Position numbers and translations under genes: made by a program
Part shown: piece after piece, positions 45,522-55,298 of the stretch
Layout of the letters: each line of letters starts with the position of its first letter
Numbering within the stretch: position 1 is the first letter of the stretch
Notes under the pieces: model-generated
What the model was told of the DNA's origin: nothing
Database searches by the model: none
The model's input: the letters and a program-made list of their open reading frames with translations, nothing else
Source: a virus
Taxonomy: Duplodnaviria > Caudoviricetes
Reading direction: 5' to 3' (one strand)
Length of the DNA stretch: 64,000 nt
IMG/VR virus record: IMGVR_UViG_3300048503_000021
Coordinates: 1 to 64,000 of that record

Positions 45522-48500
45522 ATGGCTGACCTCCAACCTATTTCCCGTGCTTTCCCCAATGGCGGGCTCCAACTGAAGCAGGACCCGGCCCTGTTGGACG
45601 AGTCGCATTACAGCGAATTGACCAATGTTGTCAGTGTCCAGGAGGGGAACATCACGGTTAGGGCGGGGAGTCAGAAGATCACCAGGGCTGACGAATGGCA
45701 ACAGGATTTCGACGAAGCTCCGGTCATCCATTCAATCTCTGCGTTGCACGTAGGGGACTTGGGGGAGGAAATCTTATACGTTGGCGAGGATGTGAACATT
45801 TGGTCTCGGATCAACGGCGGAGATTGGAATGAGATTGCAACTGGCGTAGCCCCATCGGACGCTTACGCTCGTCAGAGATTCAGCGCTATCTCCTATTCTG
45901 CTGGGTCTAGCGGACTCCCCTACCAGTACTTTGCCTGCCCCAGCGCGATGCTGAAGGATAGCGGGATAAACCCAGCCACAGCTTCGCCGGGACTTCAAAA
46001 GTGGGGGATATTGCCTCCAGTGCAACCAGTCCAGGCAGCGTTGGGCGCGTACACGTTACTGCCTCCAGACATGGACGTGGTTTACAACTTAGCCGTAGGC
46101 TCAGACATAAGCAGATTGCCCTATATGTCCGTCGCAGAGGCTAGCGGGACAGTCCCAGGGAACATCACCATCACCCCGTCCACTATGTCTGGGATCAACG
46201 TGGGGATGCTGTTGCAGATCGTAACTCCGGCTATTGGAGGGGTTCCAGCCTACACTCAATACGCTCCCGTTCTCTCCAGCGATTCGACTACCTTCAGCGT
46301 GTATCTGGAAGATATACCCAATGTCGGGGCCTTGATCCAAGCGGCAGAGGATTTAGATACGGACACTGGTTCAAGTGACTTCGTAACGCTTGCGACGATG
46401 GACATAGCGCTAGATGCTTCTTTTGACGGAATCCCGTCAACTGGCTATTCCACGGATGATCTTGTTCACATTTCGGTCTACGCCTCAGACCCGGCTCAAT
46501 ATACAGACATCCGGTTTAGAGTCTTGGTCAACAATAGCAACTCCGACTATTATGAAAAATCAATCCTTCCAACTGCGATCCAGCCGCAGGTTACGGGTAC
46601 GCAGACTTCTACCCAGAACCTCAGCAATATCGGAGCAACCATTCCTCAGAGCGCCCTTAACGACACTCCGTATATCAGCCAGGAAATCACTCAAGCTAAA
46701 GCCCAAGCACTGGCTGCCGTATCGGCTGAAGCTGCCGATTCAGGCAACGCAGTCTGGACAGAGATTAGTATTCCAAAGTCTCAATTCCTGGCTGTCGGGA
46801 ATGCCGGGAACCCGGTATATTCGTGGAAGAATGTAACTGGGTTTCAGGTCGTTTATAAGACCGTTGCGGTCCCAACCGGAAGCCCCGAGCTTGGCATTAG
46901 CAGCATTTATATCGCCGGTGGGGCTGGGCCAAACGCGGTTACTACTTCATCGGACTTTCCCCTCCAGCCGTACAGTTACATTTTCACGTTCCGTAACCCC
47001 ATTACTGGGGCCGAAGGCAATCCCTGCGCCTTGATGATTCCAACGGCGGCGGTGAGCCCGCAACGGCAAGGCGTTGATTTAACTCTCTACGGGACAGACG
47101 ATCCTCAGATAACTGGGGAGAATTCCATTTCGGTCTACAGGGCTGGGGGCTCTTTTGCTGACTCGTACTATCGGTTTGTCGGCTATGCTGCTAATCCTGG
47201 GGCTGGCGAGACTGTCATTTTCAGCGATCAGCAGAGCGACCAGAGCATAGATATTAACAATCTAGTAGACTTTGACAACGATACGCCGGTAACGAGCGCC
47301 CTTCCAACCCCAGTGGTAATGACTTCCTCCACTGTGGCTGTAGCCAATACGCTTGCGGTTTTGAACGTAATAGTCACCTCCGGTTCTTTGGCAAGCCTGA
47401 CCGTAGGGACACCTCTCACTGTGGGCATAAACACGCTGACGCAAGAAACGTCGATCTTGGCGGCTGTGGATGCAGTCGGCGGGACGGTTACGCTGTTTCT
47501 CCAGTACGACCATTCGGACGCGGCTACGAACCCGATCACGATCCAAGCTGACGCTATTGCCAACCAACCCGTGACTCTTTCCCTAGAAGCGTTTGATTCG
47601 GTATTTCTTGCAGGCGATCCGAACAATCCGCATGTCCTTTACCAGTCAAAGACTGGCAGGCCCGAGGCTTTCCCGATCATCAACCTAACGACGAACGTAG
47701 CAAACGCCATCAACGTCGGAACCCCCTCCAATTATATCGTCAATATGACGGAGTTCTCTGGCGGGGTTCTGTGCATGAACCTAAACAACCTGTACTACGT
47801 GGCTGTGGCGTCTGGCCAGATGGAGGCCCCTATTGCCACCCCTGCCCAAAGGGGCTTGTTGGCCACTAAGGCATGGTGCATGGCAGACAATGAGTTGTGG
47901 TACTTGTCTTACGACGGGATCTATTCATGGAGCGGGGGGATGAGCGCCTGGAGAAGCCAAGACATAGACCCGCTGTTCAACGGGCATACGATTGGTCCTT
48001 ATTCCCCAATAGACACCCGGCCTCATCTTGGGACGGCAGGCGCAGACGTAGTTACGATGGAGTACAACGACAACGAGGTGTTCGTCTCCTACCTGGACAC
48101 CCTTGGCGTCCCACACCGTCTCAGATACCATACGAAGTTCAAAAGATGGAGCATTGAGGACTTAAGTGACATTCTAGCCAACGGAGCCCTTGTTGGAATA
48201 ACGGCTCAGTTCAACGACAAGACGACAGGAATCCTCTATGCGGCTAAAAGCCCAAACACATTCGCCTTCTTGTACGAAGAGAAGTCTGGGACGTCCGATG
48301 GCTGGGTGGATACACCGAACGATGGGCAGGCTATCGTCTATTCCTTGACCCCAGCGGCCTTCACGGCGAATGCTCCTAGCGCGAACAAGACATTTGCGGA
48401 TCTCATCCTGGAGATGAAGTCCACCGACATCGTGACTATCCAGACGTTCTACGACTTCTCGACAACGCAGGATGAGCTTTTTACGATTGTTCCCAACCCC

Positions 48501-49550
48501 AATCGGGTTCGTATTCCCAATTCAATCCAGGGTGGATACCACAAGGAAGCTTATGCCATCCAGACAAGGATCTCTGGGACGACAACAGGCGGAGGCTCCT
48601 TCTATTCGTTGACGTTGAATGTCGTCCCTCTGGCTCAGATCCAAGTGGGGCGTGCTTACGATTGGGACGATTTGGGATGGCCCTTTGATAAGCGACTATA
48701 CCAATTGGTGATGGAATATGACATCCCGGTGGGGCAAACCGTCGTGATGAACATGGACACGATGACCGGCGTTATCGGCGTCCAGCAAGAGAACACGGCT
48801 GTCCAGTCTTTCGTCTTAGCCCCTCCAACCACTACGGGAGGGAAGCCTAACCGGATCACGGCCAACTTCGCCCTGAATGACAACATGATCGTCAAGAAGG
48901 TTCGGTTGCGGCCAACGGTTGCGGGCGTCCCCTTTAAGCATTTCTCTTACTCGTTTCCCGGCCTCAGTAAGTATCCTGCCGACAGGACTCTCTATACGGA
49001 GTGGAGCGACCTGGAGTATTCTGGCGACAAAGTTTTTAGGACTCTCAACCTAGAAATGAATTCATCGGGGTTGCCATGCGCGGTTCAACTGCAAGGGGAT
49101 TCTGGGAATCTGGGAGCTCCGATCTCTGTTGTCACCACGTTGAATGACCGGGCTCGCATCTTGACTCTACAGAGCGACTTGATCTCGAAAAACACTCGGC
49201 TTGTTTTCACGCCATCTCCAGGGGGATACTCCCAATACTTCAAGCACAGTTTCGATTTCTGGAAAGAGCCGATGGCTGTGTCTCATTGGGATTCCTACGA
49301 GTTCAACTTCGGCTACGATGGATACAATTTCGTCAAGCAGGCGTGGCTGGAGTACACTTGTTCTGTGCCAATTCGGGTGACATTTTACGGGGACGACGGA
49401 GAGCCGTTTTATCAGATTACCCTACCGGCGCACCCACAGCGGGACGTTGAACGGTTCTATTTGCCCGCTTCTCTCATAGACAACGAAGGTGACGTTTCTC
49501 TGAATAAGAGCAAGCGGAAAAGGATGACAATTGATACGGTTGCCAGCTAA
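45522..49550 (+). CDS. Tail nozzle / tail tubular protein B-like
   Basis: GGL..KQDP...LTNV...VRAGS N-terminus, LYQSK..RPEAFP, YLSYDGIY, four tandem C-terminal beta domains. Confidence 0.75.
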   Translation: MADLQPISRAFPNGGLQLKQDPALLDESHYSELTNVVSVQEGNITVRAGSQKITRADEWQQDFDEAPVIHSISALHVGDLGEEILYVGEDVNIWSRINGGDWNEIATGVAPSDAYARQRFSAISYSAGSSGLPYQYFACPSAMLKDSGINPATASPGLQKWGILPPVQPVQAALGAYTLLPPDMDVVYNLAVGSDISRLPYMSVAEASGTVPGNITITPSTMSGINVGMLLQIVTPAIGGVPAYTQYAPVLSSDSTTFSVYLEDIPNVGALIQAAEDLDTDTGSSDFVTLATMDIALDASFDGIPSTGYSTDDLVHISVYASDPAQYTDIRFRVLVNNSNSDYYEKSILPTAIQPQVTGTQTSTQNLSNIGATIPQSALNDTPYISQEITQAKAQALAAVSAEAADSGNAVWTEISIPKSQFLAVGNAGNPVYSWKNVTGFQVVYKTVAVPTGSPELGISSIYIAGGAGPNAVTTSSDFPLQPYSYIFTFRNPITGAEGNPCALMIPTAAVSPQRQGVDLTLYGTDDPQITGENSISVYRAGGSFADSYYRFVGYAANPGAGETVIFSDQQSDQSIDINNLVDFDNDTPVTSALPTPVVMTSSTVAVANTLAVLNVIVTSGSLASLTVGTPLTVGINTLTQETSILAAVDAVGGTVTLFLQYDHSDAATNPITIQADAIANQPVTLSLEAFDSVFLAGDPNNPHVLYQSKTGRPEAFPIINLTTNVANAINVGTPSNYIVNMTEFSGGVLCMNLNNLYYVAVASGQMEAPIATPAQRGLLATKAWCMADNELWYLSYDGIYSWSGGMSAWRSQDIDPLFNGHTIGPYSPIDTRPHLGTAGADVVTMEYNDNEVFVSYLDTLGVPHRLRYHTKFKRWSIEDLSDILANGALVGITAQFNDKTTGILYAAKSPNTFAFLYEEKSGTSDGWVDTPNDGQAIVYSLTPAAFTANAPSANKTFADLILEMKSTDIVTIQTFYDFSTTQDELFTIVPNPNRVRIPNSIQGGYHKEAYAIQTRISGTTTGGGSFYSLTLNVVPLAQIQVGRAYDWDDLGWPFDKRLYQLVMEYDIPVGQTVVMNMDTMTGVIGVQQENTAVQSFVLAPPTTTGGKPNRITANFALNDNMIVKKVRLRPTVAGVPFKHFSYSFPGLSKYPADRTLYTEWSDLEYSGDKVFRTLNLEMNSSGLPCAVQLQGDSGNLGAPISVVTTLNDRARILTLQSDLISKNTRLVFTPSPGGYSQYFKHSFDFWKEPMAVSHWDSYEFNFGYDGYNFVKQAWLEYTCSVPIRVTFYGDDGEPFYQITLPAHPQRDVERFYLPASLIDNEGDVSLNKSKRKRMTIDTVAS

Positions 49551-49558
49551 AGGATTTT

Positions 49559-50989
49559 ATGTCACTTCAAATCAGTTCGGTCGGCTCGACGCAGTACTCC
49601 GAGGTGCCATGCACGACGACGATGACATTGATGCAAGCGGTTGTGGATCAATTAGTTCTCTCAGGCTGGACCATTTCTCAGCAGTTCGCCGCTACCGGGG
49701 AAATTCTGGTAACCGGATATCCGAACAACGGCTGGACGATTACCTTCTCTAGCCCTTGGGCATTGTTCCCGACGCAGGTGTGGACCTACGTAACGACCGT
49801 CACTGGGGCAAACCAGATTCTAGTTGGGGCCAATCTGCCAGCGGTGGCTGCGAATCTTGCTGCGGCAATGACTAGTACCGGGCTAATGACGGCGACCGTT
49901 GACGGCTCCAACAATTTACTGATTCACTTAGTCTCGGCTGGAACGGGCGCGGCAGCCAACAGCATCATCGGGATTGCCGACCCCACTGCTTCCTGGGGAT
50001 CGACCAATCTATACATAGGCGGTCTCGGCACTTTTTACACGCCGTTCCTTGCCAATGGTGGCTTTTTCATGCTTTCCGGGGTAACGGCTCAGGGCTTGCA
50101 AATGGGCCTATTTGTAGAGAATGGTGGCGATTATGTCAGATTTAGGGTGGCCTCAGTCCTGCAAGACATGGTGAGCTTTGTCCTAACTGACAGTGCGCGC
50201 AAGGCTGTGGTCACCAACACTGCGGGGATTGCTAACGTCCTATGCTATTCAAACTCCACCCGTGTCCTGGAATTCGTCTCGAATGCTCATCAATGTTTCT
50301 TGTGGTTACTGGGGGACTCTAGTACGAACTTTACCAGGATGGCCTTCGGCCTCCCCTACATTCGGGCGTTCAATGCACCAATTTTAATTTCCGCCGCTAG
50401 TAATACGAGCCCGGTTGTTCTGGCGACAGCGACGGCGCACGGCAGAACTACCGGAGATTACGTCTTCGTGGCCGACACGCAAGGCAACCTAGGCGCAAAC
50501 GGCTATTGGCAGTGTGTCGTGATAGACCCGACGCACCTTTCACTGACGGGATCAACCGGCACAGGCGCATACGCGAGCGGCGGCCTACTCGCGGGCGCTT
50601 CTACTCAACTGGCGCGCGCCGCGTGGTTTGCCGGTGAAAACTCGCCATTCTTCAGGACCACTCTCGGCGCTGGGTCACAGGCGTCTACTTGGGTCGTAAC
50701 AAACCAACTTCCCATGGGTGGACCGCCAATCAGCCTGAAGTCTTCCGGCCCATTTTCTAACATCGGCACCCCCGTCTCCGCTTATGGCTCAATCCCGAGC
50801 GCCATGGACCCGGTGATTTGCTGGGCGCCAGAAGGAACGAGCGGGACTCTGTATGAGATCGGGCAATTGTGGGATTGTTTCATCACGATGGAAAACGTCC
50901 CAATAGACCGAGTGGCCCCGAACTTTCTTGGATTCCCGTGGGTGCAGTATACAAATTCAGGATATTCGATGTGGCTGAAGAGGGGATGA
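49559..50989 (+). CDS. Tail-associated protein with FCCH-like beta module
   Basis: ASNTSPVV..TATAHG.TTGD.V...GN.GANG.W...SL.GSTGTG.Y..GG. Confidence 0.6.
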   Translation: MSLQISSVGSTQYSEVPCTTTMTLMQAVVDQLVLSGWTISQQFAATGEILVTGYPNNGWTITFSSPWALFPTQVWTYVTTVTGANQILVGANLPAVAANLAAAMTSTGLMTATVDGSNNLLIHLVSAGTGAAANSIIGIADPTASWGSTNLYIGGLGTFYTPFLANGGFFMLSGVTAQGLQMGLFVENGGDYVRFRVASVLQDMVSFVLTDSARKAVVTNTAGIANVLCYSNSTRVLEFVSNAHQCFLWLLGDSSTNFTRMAFGLPYIRAFNAPILISAASNTSPVVLATATAHGRTTGDYVFVADTQGNLGANGYWQCVVIDPTHLSLTGSTGTGAYASGGLLAGASTQLARAAWFAGENSPFFRTTLGAGSQASTWVVTNQLPMGGPPISLKSSGPFSNIGTPVSAYGSIPSAMDPVICWAPEGTSGTLYEIGQLWDCFITMENVPIDRVAPNFLGFPWVQYTNSGYSMWLKRG

Positions 50990-50990
50990 T

Positions 50991-51611
50991 GTGGCTCTGA
51001 GTACAGAAGAGGACCTCTTATACCCGGTCTACTCCTATCCCAATTGCTTCGGCGGGGATTGGCCGGAGACTGTCGAAACAATGGGGATGACTTTTGCGAC
51101 TCTGGCGATTGCAACCGTTAACGGAACCAATCCAGTTGCGCTGGGCTTTAGCGTTGCATCTGGGCTCTGGGTGGGCCAGCCTATTACAGTTGTTGGCGTT
51201 GGGGGTGGAGTCGACGGCCCACACCAAGTACTCACCGCCCCTACAACCGTTTCAGCCACAATCGACGCGGTGGGCACTGGGACATATACAAACGGGACCG
51301 TAGTCCCTTCCGACAGATTCGTTGGGGTGAATTTGGCAGAGGGTCTTTTCCTGGCAGAGAGAGATGTACTCATGCCAGCAAACCCGTTCATCACTCTTTC
51401 GACAACTGTTTCGACAATTGTTTCGACAACTGTTACTGTGACAACGACGGTTACCACTACGGTTAGTCCCACCATCACCCCAGTTGTTGGATTGCCGGTA
51501 TTTAAGCTCTATGCTGATGGGTCGCGTTTAGAATGGATGGCCTGTGGGGCCGATCAGAGGTCGGCGTATCAGCAAACCACGTTGTCAACTTTGATGGCCC
51601 CGAGGATTTAA
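50991..51611 (+). CDS. Tail-associated protein: beta module, Thr/Val linker and nozzle-like C-terminal strand
   Basis: TNPVAL...GLWVGQ; STTV repeats; PVFKLYADGSRLEW. Confidence 0.6.
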   Translation: MALSTEEDLLYPVYSYPNCFGGDWPETVETMGMTFATLAIATVNGTNPVALGFSVASGLWVGQPITVVGVGGGVDGPHQVLTAPTTVSATIDAVGTGTYTNGTVVPSDRFVGVNLAEGLFLAERDVLMPANPFITLSTTVSTIVSTTVTVTTTVTTTVSPTITPVVGLPVFKLYADGSRLEWMACGADQRSAYQQTTLSTLMAPRI

Positions 51612-51612
51612 C

Positions 51613-52254
51613 GTGGCAAATACGAGCGGCTACGCAGAGTTAAAAACATCGGACCTCCAGGACGAAACCCTCTTCGCCCTGAATCAGAGGATGCGCTATC
51701 TATACCAGAAGGTGTCTGGCGTTTACGGACAAAACTCCCCCAATCTGCTCTCGTCCCCTACGCTGGCAACAGCCTACTCTTCACAGCAGACGGCCCAGAA
51801 TGTATCCCCAAACGAGTTCATCACGAACGCGGTTGCCAATAAGCTCTACGGGATAGCAGCTATCCAGGCGGCAATCAATAGCGGCAAGCTTCAGGTTGGT
51901 GGGCCGAACGGCCAACAGGTAGCGCAGGCGGCGCTTTTCACGATCATCACCCTAGCGCAGCTTCCTACGGCTGGGACGCTGGCTACAAATGCCGACAATG
52001 CCGGGATGACGTTCTTCATCAGCGACTACTACCACTGGCTAGAGTTCAACGGGACGGGGTATCAGTGGCACCCGTGGGAGTCGGACGGGTCGGCCTATTA
52101 CCGGCTGGCGGATGCTCCCCCCAATTGGGGCAGATGGGCTTCGGTCAGCGGCGGAGGGACAGCCGCCTTCCTGCAATCTAACGGGACGTTGGGGTTGGCC
52201 ACTATGGCAACAGTGACAGCGGGATTCTTTACGGGAGTGTGGTTCCGCCAATGA
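51613..52254 (+). CDS. Putative tail protein
   Basis: Position after nozzle; GTG start with SD GAGG. Confidence 0.55.
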   Translation: MANTSGYAELKTSDLQDETLFALNQRMRYLYQKVSGVYGQNSPNLLSSPTLATAYSSQQTAQNVSPNEFITNAVANKLYGIAAIQAAINSGKLQVGGPNGQQVAQAALFTIITLAQLPTAGTLATNADNAGMTFFISDYYHWLEFNGTGYQWHPWESDGSAYYRLADAPPNWGRWASVSGGGTAAFLQSNGTLGLATMATVTAGFFTGVWFRQ

Positions 52255-52832
52255 CACTTAAAAAAGATGGTCCGCTTTACGAGATGGGCGATCTGATTGT
52301 GGCTCCGGTCTCGATGGACCTTTTGGCCAGCGCGTACCTGACGATGAAGATAGACGGCACGCTCTCTGTGCTGTTTTACGAGTCAGACCCAGGCATCCCG
52401 AAGTTTCTAGCCACGCACTCTGATCCCAACGCCATCACCTACGGCTGCTACCTGAAGTCTGGAGACAAGACAAAACTGGTGGGGATTGGACATATCTCTG
52501 CGGCCATTGGGAGAGGCGATGGTAGCAAGAAATCAGAACTAAGCTGTGCCTTTTTTGCCGGATACCAGCGTCGGGATATTACCTTCCCTCTATCCCAGAT
52601 GATGCTGGAGCAGACCTTCGACCGCTACGACATCGACGTTCTATTTGGGACGACGCCAGAAAAGAACAGAGCAATGCTGATGTTTATGAAAAACCTGGGG
52701 TTTGGGCACACTGCCGAGCCCATCCCTTACTTTACCACCTGGAAGGGCGAGGTTTGTGGGGTCTATGTTTCGTGGATTACGCGGGAGATGTGGCAGGATA
52801 TTAGCCCCTTCAAGGACCACGATTCCAAATAA
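52251..52832 (+). CDS. GNAT-fold acetyltransferase-like protein
   Basis: GYQRR...GTTPEKNRAML.FMKNLGF; usual position before podovirus ejection genes. Confidence 0.7.
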   Translation: MTLKKDGPLYEMGDLIVAPVSMDLLASAYLTMKIDGTLSVLFYESDPGIPKFLATHSDPNAITYGCYLKSGDKTKLVGIGHISAAIGRGDGSKKSELSCAFFAGYQRRDITFPLSQMMLEQTFDRYDIDVLFGTTPEKNRAMLMFMKNLGFGHTAEPIPYFTTWKGEVCGVYVSWITREMWQDISPFKDHDSK

Positions 52833-52846
52833 AGGAGCAGTAACTT

Positions 52847-53461
52847 ATGGGCGGCGACCAAGGACAAGGCCAGCAGAATCAGATCACCCAGCAGCAATTG
52901 GGCGTCGAACAACAGTACCTCGGGATGGCGCAGAACCAGCTTACCCAAGAGCAAACATTGACGGCCCCGCAAAAGACGTACAATACTGGCGTCATCAATG
53001 CCGCTGAAAGCGGGAACTATTCTAACCTGATCTCTGCCGCAGGCCCCGCCACTGGAACCATCGCTCAAACCGAGAAGCAGGCGCAAGAGCAAATCATGAA
53101 TTCAGTCCCCGCAGGACCGGGAAGAGACTATGCTCTCGCTGCCTCCAAGCAGGGCGAAGCAACGCAGATGTCCACCACGCTCAACCAGCTTTTCCAGAAT
53201 GCGCTTCAGTCCAATACCAATATCGGGTTGGCATCGGCGGGCATCGGCCTTCAGGAAACTGGTGCTGGGTTGTCAAGCGCGAACATCGCGAGCCAGTCTA
53301 ACCAAGCCACCATGAACGCGAATGAACAACAAAAATCCAGCACAATGTCCATGATTGGATCTATCGCCGGTGGTTTGGGCAGCGCGGCTGGCGGTGGCGC
53401 GTTTGGCTCTCTTGGAGGGGGTGGCGGCAGCACGGCTGGGGCAGAAGGACTGATGGGATAG
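52847..53461 (+). CDS. Putative ejection (internal virion) protein
   Basis: Gln/Ala/Gly-rich; C-terminal Gly-rich hydrophobic segment. Confidence 0.65.
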   Translation: MGGDQGQGQQNQITQQQLGVEQQYLGMAQNQLTQEQTLTAPQKTYNTGVINAAESGNYSNLISAAGPATGTIAQTEKQAQEQIMNSVPAGPGRDYALAASKQGEATQMSTTLNQLFQNALQSNTNIGLASAGIGLQETGAGLSSANIASQSNQATMNANEQQKSSTMSMIGSIAGGLGSAAGGGAFGSLGGGGGSTAGAEGLMG

Positions 53462-53496
53462 CACACTCGATTCTTTAAGAGTAGAGGGCTATAGCC

Positions 53497-55296
53497 TTGT
53501 CCACTACTCCCGTAGTCACGAGTCCACCTCCCGATACTGCCCAGACGACGGCTACTACGGCTAATCCAGCAGCCGGGCCGTTCAGTTCATTCCTTGACCC
53601 GTCCCAAATCGCGCCTTCTACCTATCAGGCTTCCCAGCAACGCCCTAGCGGTTATATGGGGAAGCTGGGCAAGGGGGCGATGATAATTGACAAGTTCCTT
53701 GAAGGAATGTCCAAGGGCCGGGCAATGCAATATGCCAAGTCGCGGCAGAAAGAAGCGGATATTTATAACCGGATTGGGCAGACAGAGGAGTACGTCCGTA
53801 AATCTGACATTGACCCAGCTTTGCAGAAGCAGCAAATTGACAAACTAGAGGCCTTGAGGCTTGGGATATTGAGGGATCAGACTAGCCCCGACGCGGCGGG
53901 TGGTGGTGGGGATTCTGGGCAGGGTGGCAAGAAAAAGGGGAAGAAGGACGATCAGGATCAAAGCCCCATCGTGAAGTTTTTCCATCAGGCCGCAACCAAC
54001 ATGCTTGGTCCCGGTGCTCAGGCGTCGTCTTTCGACGAGAAGACCGTAAGGGCAACGCTGGGCGACGTGTCGCATGACGTGAGGATGGCGCAGTCGCAGA
54101 CGGCACAGATTGCTCAATTCGGATCAATTGCTATAAACAAGATAAGTAAAGGGTTGTCGGACGGCACTATTAAGAGCAGGGCGGATATTTTCAAAGATCC
54201 AGAACTTGCTCAAATCATGAATGCTTTAGGGAAAACCCCAACCGACAAATTACCTTCTGGTTTAGTTGAAATAATCAAATCCATCCCAGAGAAGGCCGAA
54301 ACAGCTAAAGTCACCGACTATGGCACAGCCGAAGTGGACGGGAAACAAATCAATGTCGTTAGGACAGACAAAGGATTAGAGGATGGGAAGGGGAATCCCG
54401 TTTCTCTTGACACCATTAAGCCGGGAAGCCTTCGCATGGGCAATGAATCCGCCCCGAAGCCCCCCACAGAGAAGCAGGTTGAGCTTGACCGCGCCTATGC
54501 GTCTTGGTCTAAGACACTGGGCAAGGACAAACTGGACGACGGCGAAAAGAGCATCGTTGCCGACCTGGAGAGGACGCCTAACAGCCCACTCAGTATAGAG
54601 ATACAGGCGAATCTCTTAAAGCAGAAGGGGTCGAAGAATTTAGAACTGGCGAAGAATCAAGCTATTCTACTTACGTCCCAAGAGAGGCAAACGTCAATTG
54701 CGGAGAAGGCAGCGAACGCCAGTTTGAGAATTGCCCTCGAAAGAATGAACCTTGACGACAAGAAGAACAAGTACAACCCGAGGGAACTGGACGACGTATC
54801 CAGGTCCATCATCAACGATGTTCACGGGGACGGGACTCCGGGGCAGGCGAAAGCATTGGAGGATCTTCGCAAATCAGCGAGCGACCCGAAAGACCCCAAG
54901 CGCACAGAGAGCGCGGGTGCTCTTAGAAAAATGGCTCTTGAGAATGTTAGAGATCACCCCGAGTTCTACCAGCACCTAACCGACCAACAGCGCGAACAGG
55001 TTATCCATCACATCGACGGGATGCCTGTGGATAAGATTGTGGGCAGGGGCGGGAGCGCGGCTGCCGCCCCTGCTATACAGGGTCTTCACGGCAACAATAC
55101 CGGGGCGAAACCCGGGCAGGACTCCGGGAGAAAGACCGACGACGTTCCGCAGACAGTTTCCAAGGTGAAGTCGCCAGCGGGAGCCGTTCTTCCCAAGGGA
55201 CAAATTTGGGTTCAGGCCCCAGACGGGTCTGTCGGCTACATTCCAGCGGACAAGAAAGACGATTTCGCTAAAAAGCATCCAGGCTCGGTATTCTAG
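53497..55296 (+). CDS. Putative ejection (internal virion) protein
   Basis: Charged helical 599 aa; C-terminal VQAPDG...IP motif. Confidence 0.65.
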   Translation: MSTTPVVTSPPPDTAQTTATTANPAAGPFSSFLDPSQIAPSTYQASQQRPSGYMGKLGKGAMIIDKFLEGMSKGRAMQYAKSRQKEADIYNRIGQTEEYVRKSDIDPALQKQQIDKLEALRLGILRDQTSPDAAGGGGDSGQGGKKKGKKDDQDQSPIVKFFHQAATNMLGPGAQASSFDEKTVRATLGDVSHDVRMAQSQTAQIAQFGSIAINKISKGLSDGTIKSRADIFKDPELAQIMNALGKTPTDKLPSGLVEIIKSIPEKAETAKVTDYGTAEVDGKQINVVRTDKGLEDGKGNPVSLDTIKPGSLRMGNESAPKPPTEKQVELDRAYASWSKTLGKDKLDDGEKSIVADLERTPNSPLSIEIQANLLKQKGSKNLELAKNQAILLTSQERQTSIAEKAANASLRIALERMNLDDKKNKYNPRELDDVSRSIINDVHGDGTPGQAKALEDLRKSASDPKDPKRTESAGALRKMALENVRDHPEFYQHLTDQQREQVIHHIDGMPVDKIVGRGGSAAAAPAIQGLHGNNTGAKPGQDSGRKTDDVPQTVSKVKSPAGAVLPKGQIWVQAPDGSVGYIPADKKDDFAKKHPGSVF

Positions 55297-55298
55297 TC

